This document shows, one piece after another, positions 26,970 through 38,100 of a stretch of 64,000 nt of DNA; the first letter of the stretch is position 1; each line of letters starts with the position of its first letter. The stretch spans positions 79,050,001-79,114,000 of the forward strand of contig OZ260662.1 in NCBI GenBank assembly GCA_965285935.1, read 5' to 3'. The notes beneath the pieces are model-generated. The model saw nothing but the letters and a program-made list of their open reading frames with translations. It was not told the origin of the DNA and ran no database searches. Made by a program: the position numbers and the translations under genes. This DNA is from Ophelia neglecta (taxonomy: Eukaryota).

Positions 26970-29900
26970 TCCCCTTACCACTTGCATTGAATAATCAAGA
27001 AATCTGATCTTTATGCAGTGCCAATCACTAAGGCAGAAGTCCTATTGCCAGTAAACTTCAATCACTAGACAAAACTCGCTGCGCCTATCAATGTCGCCCA
27101 CATAATCATCGCATTTCCCTTATTGCTGACCTAATCATTGTCGTTTTATAAGATGATTTGATATATTTGTTTCTAAAAAAGACACTGTGTCTAGATCTTA
27201 CCTGTAATAATCCTCTTTGCAATAGATGTTGCCATCCTTGGCGAAGCAGGTGAGCTCGGAGTCGAGGGGGAGCTTACATTCGGAGCACTTTAAGCAGTTC
27301 ACATGCCATTGTTTGTCGACGGCCAGTAGGTAATAACGGTCTATGATCTTACCCCCGCATGCTGCACATTGGCCAGGCTCCGCACCCTCACTGTGTATGA
27401 CAGGCATGGTCTGCAAACAACGGAGAAAAAACATTATATTTGGCTAGCAGACTCTTACTATCAACAGAAAATGTGATTCCATGCATGGTGAAACAATTTA
27501 TTTTTCGCTTCAGGCAACGATTCATCTCAGTGAAAAGAAATCGCAAGACGAATAAGACATTAATGTAAAAAATTGCCATCGACGTGTGCGAATTAAAACG
27601 TTCTGAATGCTGCATAATAGACTTATGTCTATATATTTATTTATTTATTAAACAAGTTTATACGGGGTAGATTATACTAATGACCCCGATGTTGAAATAT
27701 AAAGTGAAATCTTGCTTGAAGGCTACCTCTGTACCCGGACCACCTGTCAAGTCAGACCACTAATATGCAGAACACTCTCACTGTAAAATAAGATAGCATC
27801 TCCATAATCAGTCCGCTATTTAACTGACTGGAAAACACTCACTTGTTTGGCCCAAGCGTAGGATGAAAAAAAGTGAAGTAAGCGCACGTTCGAATTCAAC
27901 ATTGAAAGTATTGGAAGGCCATGGGTCAGTCAATATTGTCATTTCAGAGGCGTTCCGCGATGCATGTTTTATCAGCCGGAAGTAGAAATCGACACTGAAC
28001 GCGGAGAAGAAACCACAGCACCAAACTGACAATATCAGGCAGCTGTTATAGAGTTGTCGGGGAGGAGAAACCTTTTTTGATTAAACTATTTGACAATGCC
28101 AACTCCTTCTTTACTGTAAATTCACAAAGGCAGCCCCAATAGTATGTTGTGTTTTATTGGTAATTATAATAGGTGGCAGCCTTCCAAGGGCTGATCTTGG
28201 CAGTACATATTGGGCGCACAAGTAATTATTAAAAAATAATAATAATGCATGCTTATTATATTGGTCAGTGTAGGCAAATTATATAAATCTCCCAGGAAGT
28301 AAAATTCACGATATTGCCCTCACATTTGGTAAAAAAAATCTCCATCTAAACATGCATGAATGCTCATTGACATTTCAAAATCAGGAACAAAATATTTCCG
28401 ATTGCATTAGCTCTAGAGTTCGCACTGACGCATGGACCATTTCTAAATGATTGACCCTTTTATATGGGGTTCGCATGTATCGCTATATTAACCATAATTA
28501 TACAATGAGAAATGATGAGAGGCTCATAGAACAGGTAATACTTGAGGTAACACTAATCAGATTATTTTACATTGTTAGACAGGATAATCTTTCCTCAGAT
28601 AAACCCTTCACAGCGATTGTCTGCCTAATTTGAACGATAATTGGGGTTAATCCTAATTGCCCAACAATTAATTCTACCGGCGGCCTTTGTACACGAAATA
28701 ATTGAGTAATTGCTTATTCAATGCTCCCGCTGGGGATTTCAATGATCCTGGGATGAAAGCAAACATTTGTCTTGCGCAGTTCAATAAAAGCATATTTGTA
28801 TAAAACATTGGGCTTTTTCCACAAAAAAGTCATTGTAAAACAAGAATAATATTACCATTATTGATTAACATATAATGTATCAGATAAAGCAAAGAGGGTG
28901 GCGTTTTATATAAGATTGTTGATTCTAGAAACGAGAGAAATTCAATAAACAACAACTGTGGGGCAAAAGTTTTAATTCCAAAAAGTCGTTGATATATCAT
29001 TATGTTTGAAAGGTCTTCAATACGTGTTGGAGCCTGTTCACTTTAGATCGACAGATCACCAAGAAATTGGACACCGCTCAAGTAAAAAAAATCTCTTTCT
29101 ACTGTATCCCCGAAAAGGTGGCGTTTTATATTTCCCTCTGCCCAGTAGTGGAAGGATGTGGTCGAGTGAAGGCTGGTGTTTTTTATGCCCCTGTCACCCG
29201 ATATTATTCCATATGATCTCTTTTGTGGTCCCTTGTCAACCGAACACGACGCCAGAGCACGCATGAATTAAACGGCTGAATAATCCATTGAAAAATAATA
29301 CAATATCTCCGTCCTTAAATGTTATCAGCGACATGTCAACAAATTCATCGGACGTGTCACTCAAACTGCTTAGAGGCCCCACTCCCTCTCTGATGACATA
29401 TACGCCCCAGGACAAATACATGTAACTATGGTTACAGCTATAGATATAATTTATGTGCTTCATTCTTAATACAACATACTTTGAATTTTTTTTTTTACAT
29501 CTTATTATGTAGTCTGATCAAGTGCCAAAACTTTCCTAGAATTATTTAAATAATAAAGGCTTGATTGATTACTATAGGGTAGAATTTGACCCACAGACGG
29601 AAAACAAACTAAAATTGTACAAGTAAAGTGAAAAAAAAACCGCAGCAGCAGATTTGAACCTTAGCAAAGAAGGAACAAGGAAAACAATTTAAGAACTTGT
29701 ATAAAATAACATGTGGACGAGCACCCATCATCGGGTCAGTAAGGATAGGCCTGTAGGCCTTCTGTAGGCCTACAAGTAACCCACGTCACTGCTTGTTCTT
29801 TGTCTCTAGGTACATGTATGTAACAGAAGTAAAGCTTCCATTGAGGGATGTAATTATGGCTAGGCTAACTCAGTTTGTAGGTCCAGTGAGAATCGGGTTG

Positions 29901-32900
29901 TGATTGTACTACTATAGTATATGTCAAGGGGGTGCAAGGGTATAGTGGCCTATTTTAAGTACCAGCCAGTGGAGATGAACATGTGTGAGGAAATTAGTGA
30001 GAGCATATAGGCTTATCAGAAAAAAAAGACATTCGATTATGTTTCCCAAAGTATGTTACTTTTCCTAATGGAAATATGAAACCGTGTGCTCTTTGTCTAC
30101 AAAGTTGAGTACTTTGATAAGAGGGGTTTGTGCAGACGGCCTGGCCAACCGTTCACAGCTTTTACGTTGAAAAAATATCACACTTCTGAGTAGACAACAT
30201 ATTTTATTCCGATGCATACGCAATGTTTCTGACTAGATCGTTGTATGTGTTTTATTCCTGTCAAAGGGTCTACTTGTCGAGCGGCTCAGACTGGCCGGGC
30301 ACGGGGGAGATATCTCCGGGTGCGATGGAGGGGAGCAAGCGAGCGGTCTCACCGCCGGGAGCCATCACCGCCCATCACGCGCTGTAAATCGTATGATGAA
30401 TGACCTATCCCCTGCCTAGCCCCCGGCTGCGCGCGCAGCACGCCAGGGATGTATCCAACCGGTAAGACTGAGATAGGAATAATTTTTTCCGGAATGTAGA
30501 AAATAAATATCTCAAGATCATGCATTATAATTCGCAGTTTAAACCGGTAAAAATGATGCCAAAGGACCACTACTAACCCCAACCTCCCGCAAACCCCAAC
30601 CCCATCCCACCCCCAAACCCCAGCCCCGATCAACACGCCCATAAGATAAGTTTAAAGTACTGAGAAAAGCGGAAAAAGGAGGCGATTTCATCCGACAAGT
30701 GTCGAATTGATGTCTTTCTGAGCCACAGGTGTCAATGCCCTCTCCTCCCTGACCGACCCGCCATCTCCACATCTCACGAGCATGGCTCACCACCCCAACA
30801 GTACAGAGATCCAACTAGACCTCACAGAGAATATACTCTGAAAAATGAACGGGCCGTTAGGGCTTTGCCCCGAATATTCAAACCTAAGGGATAACAAGTC
30901 ACCTTATACACTTACCCCCGAAAAAACAACATTTTGTGGAGTTGATGTCAATTCAGAAGAGAAATGTATACTTACAGCTAGTCGACAATTTGCCTGTCAC
31001 AATTAATAAATTATTTAATTCTTCATCTTATTGAGCTAGCTGATTCATCATGAGAGGATAATGCTTGGCTATTAAAGTCTAGGCCTTCATAGACCTAGTA
31101 GTCAGCACAGGCCTGTTGCAAGCCCGCGATATTCTGCCAAATCTATATGTATATACAAAGCTCTTTTCCATACATAGACGCTCGGGCCATATTTTCATCG
31201 GAAATGCGATGTTGAGGATAATGCAAGCTACTGTAGGAGCCTATATCGAATGGCTCCATCCGACATGGATTTAAAAACACTAGAGCTTTATAGTTTTCCT
31301 TGTTTTTGAGTGACGGGGTACTGATTTATCTGAGGTAAAGCCAGCCAGGTGGGGAGGTAGTCTGGCCCGGCTGTACCCTCGGTTATTATCACATCGTCAT
31401 GGTTTACAGCTAAGCTGATGTGGAATGTAAACCAGCTGAAAACCACCATTCACAACTCTCAGTGGGTTCTTGGGCCAAAATCCCTAACAAATGTCTGAAA
31501 CTGTTGACAACGAGAACTTTATCGCAGCCGCCCCCCTTGCCAAATCACGACCGTAGGTATAATATTCCACCCACAGGCCTGCTAAAGTAAAGCAGAGTCT
31601 TAAACCGAGAGGCTTTGAATCTGAAACGATGTTATCGCCATCGAGAGAGCGCTCGACTGGATCTAATCTCCCACGAGCTGTGAAAAGGCGATCCTCAATT
31701 CCTGGGGTGCTGAATACTGGCCCAAGTCGGTGTCTTTCTTACTTCTAGTATCGAATGGACTCGACACGAAAAAAGATAGCGATGAAGAAGATATGGGGGC
31801 CAATAGCCGATGACAGGCGGACAAATGAGCAACTGACAGACGACACTGCCAAGCGCTAAAGAACGCGCCTATTTGGTGTCTGCTTAGTGTCTCGCACAGC
31901 GGGTTGGCAAACGACACGGGGAGCATCATATTGGCAACATAAACGGTCAACAGAATCACTGACAAGTTTACGCTTTTTCATTCGAAAACGCATAAAGTCA
32001 CTTATCCTAAGTGGTGCTAATCTTGATACAAGTGCGCATGCCTCGATGACTGATACTGTGCATGTCTCTGCCAGTTTGAGAACAGTATCCTAAAGCTTCG
32101 AAGGACAATTCACAGGCGCTGGGTGCTGAAAGGCATTATAATGTTCACGTTTTGAAACGTCGTTTTTATGTACTTATGTTTTGTGTGGCCTATTTACCAT
32201 TAGATATAAGTTATACCAAATGCTGATCAGGCTTTGGTAATATCAGATACACGAGTCAGGGGATTGGGTACATATAGGAGGCCGTTCTCTCTTCGTTTGA
32301 TGCGCCCACTCGACACATTATATTTCAGAATTAGTCGTCTTATATAGGCAGTAATTATATTAACTTTTCATATAATAAAGGATCACTGTTTCCTATAACA
32401 TTTTTCTAAGTAATACATCTTGTAAACTAATCTCATCACAGGCATTTATTCTTTTAAGTCGTCGTTCTTGATCGTTTTAGGTGTCTCATAATTATGTGAA
32501 CATGCCTTGGCCTTAAGTAAGTCTTTGTGTCAAACGCCAGAGATTTACACCTATAAAGGCAGGCGACACATCTTCTCACATGCATGCATATTTGAGACAA
32601 ACGCCGACCTTCTTGCTATTCAAGAGATCAACACGACAAAATCTGTGAGCCGACTTCTTAGAGGGAGAATCTGTGGTAAAACATGGCCGTCAACACACCG
32701 GCCATGCGTCACTCAATATAAGCCTTTCAGGCGAAGATTGAACCGCCTGGCAACGTTTGTAGAACTTTTGTAAAAAGACAGAACTGTGAAGAGCGCGGTA
32801 CTTTGTTCGACACATGTTCGCCATACGGCCGAACAAGGCCACCGGAGAACCTCGTGCATAGTCGTCTGCGTTTGCGGCATTTCTGACAAACCGTTCGTTT

Positions 32901-34501
32901 GGTTTTGTAGCCGCCAGACGCCCCTGACTGAAGTCGCTGTGCCTGTGTATGTCGTGCCATGACAGTTGGCAGCTGTTTTATCGCCCCACCACACCGAGAA
33001 ACAGGCGTCGGATCTCTCGTCAGCCGCCCTGAAAGCTTCTGAAAGCTGTCTCAACCAGTTCAACATGGTTAGAGCGGACACAGGTTCTTGCTTCTACAGT
33101 AAAGCAGGCCGCATAGACAGGTTTTTCTGATTTGTAAACGGCAATAACATGAACGTGAAGTCAAACCACATTGCAAACACAGGTTTATCAATACTAACCA
33201 AGCCAATGGGCCCCTGAAAGTGGTCGAACGAAATCCCGGAGAAGAATGAAAACTCTTTACTACCCTTTATATTGAAATTTAAAGACGCTTTCAGATTAAT
33301 CAACTGATTTGCTTTAAACCATAAAACAGTCAGTCAGGGGGAAGGCGGTAATCAACTCAGTATTGGCGAAATTCTTAAAAGTAAACTTATACTTTTTGGA
33401 CAGTAAGGCTCGTATATATTTAAGACTTAACTTCGTGGTCGTCTCTTATTTATGGGCATATTTAAAACCTGGATTGATGTTAGATCAAACCTAGTTCAAT
33501 TGAGTTTCAATAGTAAAACGGACATAGTTACATTTGAGTCTTAGACCTTCTGTATATCTATTGTAATTTGTCAGAGGAGTGTTTGTAAATTGTTTTGCTG
33601 TCAAATGTTATTTACAGATGTAGGCCTAATGAAAAACTCACGTTCGTTTGAGTTCAAGTTAAAGTCACTCCACTAAATAAACCAGCTATAGGTTTTTTGT
33701 GGGAACAAGTGACAACGACTTAATCACACAAGCTGGTAGTGTGTCTATATAATCTTCGAGCTAAATGTCCTCTATATAGGCCTACACCACCTAAAATGCA
33801 CCCTAACCCCACCCCAGCCTCCAGCCCCCTTCCACCCCTCCCCCTCCCACCCTACCACCGTCAACAACACATTCTTTAATGGTTGGCTCCAATGATTCAG
33901 ACCTAACTTTCATGATTACATGATGATGACTATTTCCACAGTTTAAATCGGAAAATAATATTATTAAGACAATACAGTGAAACCTGACAATTAGGGACAG
34001 CCAAGGGACTGGGAAATCCGTCCTCTTTTCTCAGTTGTCCTTATTTCACAGGTTACTTTACATGTAAAGTATTACAGCTCTACTAAAATCAATGTCCTTA
34101 ATATAGTCAGTGTGTCCCTAATTGTCAGGTGTCCTTTAGGCCAGGTTTTACTGTATATACTTTAAAGGTATATGTATATTAGGCACAGCAAGTGGAGCTC
34201 AGTTCATTCAACTTACCGTAGATTCTTGATGGATGTAGCCGTCCCTGTCACCCCCGAGACCCTGGGGCCCCATAGGGTCCGGTCCGGGGGCGTTCGGACC
34301 AATAAGGGGGTGGCATTCGGTCATCCCTAGCATATCAGCAGGGTGGCCCAGTCCGAAGTGTACGGGCTCGGCGGCTTCAATACTTAAATCCTCCGAGCCC
34401 CGAAGGTGTCCGCCCTCCAGAGAGTAGCCGATACCGCAGCCTGGATGGGGCGAGGTACCGGGTAGACTTTTACTACCTATGGTGGTGGGTCTGAAGAGCA
34501 T
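162..34501 (-). CDS. Lhx2/9: LIM/homeobox transcription factor of the Lhx2/9 (apterous) family, spliced CDS: join(34501-34217, 27410-27202, 13447-13074, [1411-1212 OR 1160-955], 428-162); 444 aa or 446 aa
   Basis: Two LIM domains, linker motif YNGVGAVQKGRPRKRK and homeodomain KRMRTSFKHHQLR...NHNPDAKDLK...KRVLQVWFQNARAK, all diagnostic of Lhx2/Lhx9/apterous. All introns are GT-AG with matching phases (0,2,1,0). Exon lengths 285+209+374+200(or 206)+267 are multiples of 3 in total. Confidence 0.96.
955..1160 (-). CDS. Lhx2/9: Lhx2/9 exon 4b (downstream duplicate): linker GMGLHESD plus homeodomain residues 1-46
   Basis: Acceptor ttgtttgttctgtctttaag|GG ATG (phase 1), donor CAG|GTCTGT (phase 0, weaker), 206 nt. 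Encodes QKRMRTSFKHHQLRAMKMYFALNHNPDAKDLKELAQKTGLSKRVLQ with an intact frame. Confidence 0.88.
1212..1411 (-). CDS. Lhx2/9: Lhx2/9 exon 4a (upstream copy): linker GLGCNEND plus homeodomain residues 1-46
   Basis: Acceptor cttttgtatccatatttccag|GC TTA (phase 1), donor CAG|GTACGT (phase 0), 200 nt. Encodes QKRMRTSFKHHQLRIMKSYFALNHNPDAKDLKQLAQKSGLNKRVLQ. Confidence 0.93.
13074..13447 (-). CDS. Lhx2/9: Lhx2/9 exon 3, LIM domain 2 plus basic linker (KGRPRKRK)
   Basis: Acceptor tttccgcttccgttccag|A AGG TTT gives YYRRFALKRCARCHMGISAHELVMRARDFVYHLNCFTCASCNKMLTTGEHFGMKENMIYCRIHYE. Donor TTG G|GTAAGT, phase 1. Confidence 0.97.
26899..26970. repeat. (CT)n microsatellite in Lhx2/9 intron 2
   Basis: ~36 CT units with one interruption, preceded by a poly-C run. 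Confidence 0.97.
27202..27410 (-). CDS. Lhx2/9: Lhx2/9 exon 2, LIM domain 1
   Basis: Acceptor ttttttctccgttgtttgcag|ACC ATG CCT. Encodes CAACGGKIIDRYYLLAVDKQWHVNCLKCSECKLPLDSELTCFAKDGNIYCKEDYY. Donor AG|GTAAGA, phase 2. Confidence 0.97.
33975..34153. mobile_element. MITE copy 1 (179 bp), Tc1/mariner-pogo-type ends, TA target duplication
   Basis: TA|CAGTGAAACCTG ... CAGGTTTTACTG|TA terminal inverted repeats, subterminal ACCTGACAATTAGGGACA / TGTCCCTAATTGTCAGGT inverted pair, central palindrome TACTTTACATGTAAAGTA. Near-identical copy at 42444. Confidence 0.9.
34217..34501 (-). CDS. Lhx2/9: Lhx2/9 coding exon 1 (MLFRPTT...HQEST), 95 codons
   Basis: ATG at 34501 with an in-frame TAG shortly upstream. 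Ends ACG|GTAAGT (consensus donor, phase 0), matching the phase-0 LIM1 exon. The MLF start and the EST|TMP junction echo vertebrate LHX2 (MLFHS..., DTETTMPSIS, recalled from memory). Confidence 0.8.
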
Positions 34502-35175
34502 ACAGATACTGGACTAAAGTATCCTCTGTCAGGGTCAGCTCCTTCCAGAAGTCTATTGGGTGTATTCCTCGGACCCGTTTTTTCCCTTGCCTCTGACTTT
34601 TGATAGAAATAAACTGGACTGATGATTCATCTAATCACTGCCTCCCCTGTCCTAGCCATGTGCTGGCGGCTAACTGCTCTGGCCCCGATGAATCAAATGC
34701 CCTAATTTCCTAATGCTCTGTGATTTCCTGGTTTTAACTAGTCTTAATTCCTAACCGGGTATACTACACGTCCTCTGATGTTGCCCGAACGGAACTTGGG
34801 CAGCCGTTTTCAGAGCAGCTTCTGTCGAACCACACAGGATCCACTGACATCAGTTACAAGCATGCAATCAGGGTATTCGGCTCCCGAAGTACTCGGATCT
34901 TAAGCCATTGCTGCCATGCCCTCCTGCTCCAGCACAGATGATAAAGTCTTCGATCTCGACTTGGACAGCATTCAATGAGAGAAGCGCACCCGACTAGGAG
35001 CTGGCATGCCGTAAACTAGCCTCTGGTTGGCCGTGCGTTTTCAATATAAGTAGAGATACCTCCTTGACGGGCGTGTAAACAGGTCTTGATGCCAGTTTAA
35101 TGGACTGGGAGGGTTCGCCGCGTTAATGATGCTAGCTGTAGCTGTCTATTTGCCGGCAATGTCACGCTGCTGTGC

Positions 35176-35187
35176 GCTGATTGGTTC
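35176..35187 (-). promoter_or_regulatory. CCAAT box (NF-Y-type) in the putative proximal promoter of Lhx2/9
   Basis: Minus strand reads GAACCAATCAGC, matching the extended RRCCAATCAG consensus, in a GC-rich patch ~680 nt upstream of the ATG. The transcription start itself is not determined. Confidence 0.45.
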
Positions 35188-38100
35188 CGCTCGCCCATTG
35201 AGGCGAGAGCGAGGCGGAGTTAACTCGGAACGCTGGGCTGATCACCGATTCTGGTGTCTATTTTACCCGTATCTGAATGCCTTACTGCCGTCTGTCCTAG
35301 CGACTGCATTGACTGAGATTTTTTTCCAACCTGCAGGACATTTCTGTATACGTATAGCTCTATATGCAGCAAACAATAACCCGCCACAGATAGAATAATC
35401 ATATTTACACACCTGCCTATACAGAAAGATTTGGTAAACACACATAAGAGAACCTTGTTCTGATAAAAAGCAAATATCGATTCTTGGCAATATTTGAAAA
35501 CCATACCAATGTATTGATCAGTTTATTCAAAATCGCTGTTCACATACGACCAAACATCCTGAAATTCAAATTTCTCGTTATATGCGCTCATGTAGGCCTA
35601 GTGCATGTGTTCAACGTGTAGGCCTAATGGTCTTCTTGCACAATTTTCAAGAAGAAGAGTACGGATTGTACCAGTACGTGGATCCGAGCAAACAGTTTGC
35701 CAGTTCATATCAGAGAGTATATTTCACTTTAGGCTGTAGAAGAGGGAGAGTTCCCAGGGTGACAGACATGGACGGGGATATTTCCTACCTAGACACCCCG
35801 CTAAGGCCTTCACCCGCCATTCTTTTGGACAACATTCTATCTATTGTTTTCTCCATGCTACAATCACCTTAGCATGCTCTTTATCTTCGGACAATATAGC
35901 CTACTACATTCTCTGTTGCTGACTAGGCAAAGAGAGAACTGGGACAAATATGTACTTATGGCCAATTCAAACTCGCCGCAGGAATCCATAGTGTTAGCTT
36001 GGTAAGCAACAGCCGACTAGAGAACGGAAGAGAAAATGTTAGGCAATGCGATAGTCCATGTTTACTTATATTGTAGACAATAGCCAACAGAAATAGTACG
36101 CTCTCTTTCTGTTTGTCCGTGTTTCCTATGCAAAATCCTTGGTTGTATACTTAAGCAACGGGTATTTGGGATCATATATGGCATCGACAGTGCCTAATGT
36201 GTGACCTGTGGCTTCCTAGCACCGAGGCAGATAAACTTACAAACACAAAATATGTATTTAATAACCGTCGGCACTGGTGTGCCTGTAAAACACTGTTTGT
36301 CAGCCACTCAAATGCGGATTGCGAGGCCGTGTAAAACGCAATTGATTCTGACGTTATGCAGACACTGGCTGTTGACATTGACGACAACAATTAAACCCTG
36401 AACAAACCAGCAGGTGTGATTTCATTTATTTTGTTTTGTGTATATCGCTTTTTGAGTGCGGTAGAGTATATTCTGGTTGTAATAGGAGACTAATACCCCC
36501 TGGCCAATTGTACTTTGACAGCAACCATATTGGTTAAAGGTACCCTTCTGAGGGCTGCCGAGCTCCATCCCTGGCCTCATGGGAAACTTCCACAAACCTG
36601 CTGCCCCTGTTCTAACAGGCCGATAGGCCTATATATTTTTAATTCACAATTTATTTTGATCCAAATTAAATGATTCATTCCTTAACTTATACTCGGACAA
36701 CGGGCTATACCAGAGACCATATGCAGGGCGGGGGAGGGGGGGGGGGGGGAGGGTCCGGGAGCGAGGATGTCTTATATATATTGTTGTTTTATCCTAGTTA
36801 AGGGTCCCTGCGTTACTTTGAAACAGACCACACTGTACATATAAAGACTACATTATACACACCGCAATAATAAACAGACCGCACTATTATACAGCTCAAT
36901 GCATTGAAACAAAAGCTAATCAGCCTTTGACTGGGATTGAAGTGGAGAGCTTTGAAACCGGACGGCACAGCCCGCAGAAATAGCGCCACCTTGTGACAAA
37001 CGTGAGGGCCCCAAGACACTTGGCAAATGATAGATCTTTTGCTTGCATGCATTTGTCTATTGATATTTAATACAATTTAATGGAAAACATCGGATTTGAA
37101 GTACCAAACCTTAAATCTACAGTAGGCCATATCTGGATTCACTGGGACGAAAATGTGACAAAATTTGCTTGAATAAGCAGATAGGGTGAAACACTTGCAT
37201 TTGGTATACAGGCATATAATGATATGAAGTTCAGAATATTTTGGGATGGAAGACATTTTTTAATTTCGCTTGGGCACAATTATAATTAAATCGATACCCT
37301 GATCAAATCATACTTAAGGGCAAATATAGGTATACTCTTACTAAGTTAGCCAATATGTTAGGATACTACAGCCCCCAACAGGTTAGGATACATTCAGCGG
37401 TTTGTATGGTAACATATTTGTGCACATATTCACAAACGTTCCCATTCTGGGATTTAACTTACTACCATAACCTACTTGGTCCCTTTAACTTGCATAAAAA
37501 TGGAGAACAGTGTTTGTATTTCGTGGTACAACCATAGAATTTAGCTTACAGAGCCCAAGTCAAGAGGCTTACTTATAGGCATAATAATACTTGCATGGCA
37601 GGTGAAATGACTTTGATGTCTACAATAGTATTGTTGTGCTATTTGAATTGTAACGAGAATAACATTCAGCTACGGCATTGAGAAACACTGCTAATGAAAC
37701 ACAACGTCCGATGTTGGGCCTTTATTGTGTCATTATTAAGTTATGATAGGATATAAGGCGACCTTCTCTCAATAGCTTTTCATCAAATGAATCATGTCTT
37801 GTTTTATGTTCATAAAATTTACGCACATGTTTTTTCACTAATTGGCTTCAATAATTTAAAGATAGACATTTCTCATATTTAGTGTTGAGCTAACCAAAAA
37901 CAAAAAAACAAAGCGGCGTAAGACTGTAAATTTTATCGGCATGGACAAAACTTTTAAATATTAGGTCTATATAATATGCCTATACTATAGGGTCGGAAGT
38001 AGAATTTTACTTTTGCATTTGGCCTATAGGCTTACATTAAACTGGTACATAGGCCCTTTGCGTCTGATCGAGCGGATAAATTTCATCTTACAAACAAGTC

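Noticed and set aside
26788-26994. ORF with SLSLSL repeat
   Set aside because: Translation of the (CT)n microsatellite.
30910-30933. Alternative first exon ATG TTG TTT TTT CGG GG|GTAAGT (MLF-like start) in intron 1
   Set aside because: The donor falls in phase 2 relative to this ATG, incompatible with the phase-0 LIM1 exon.
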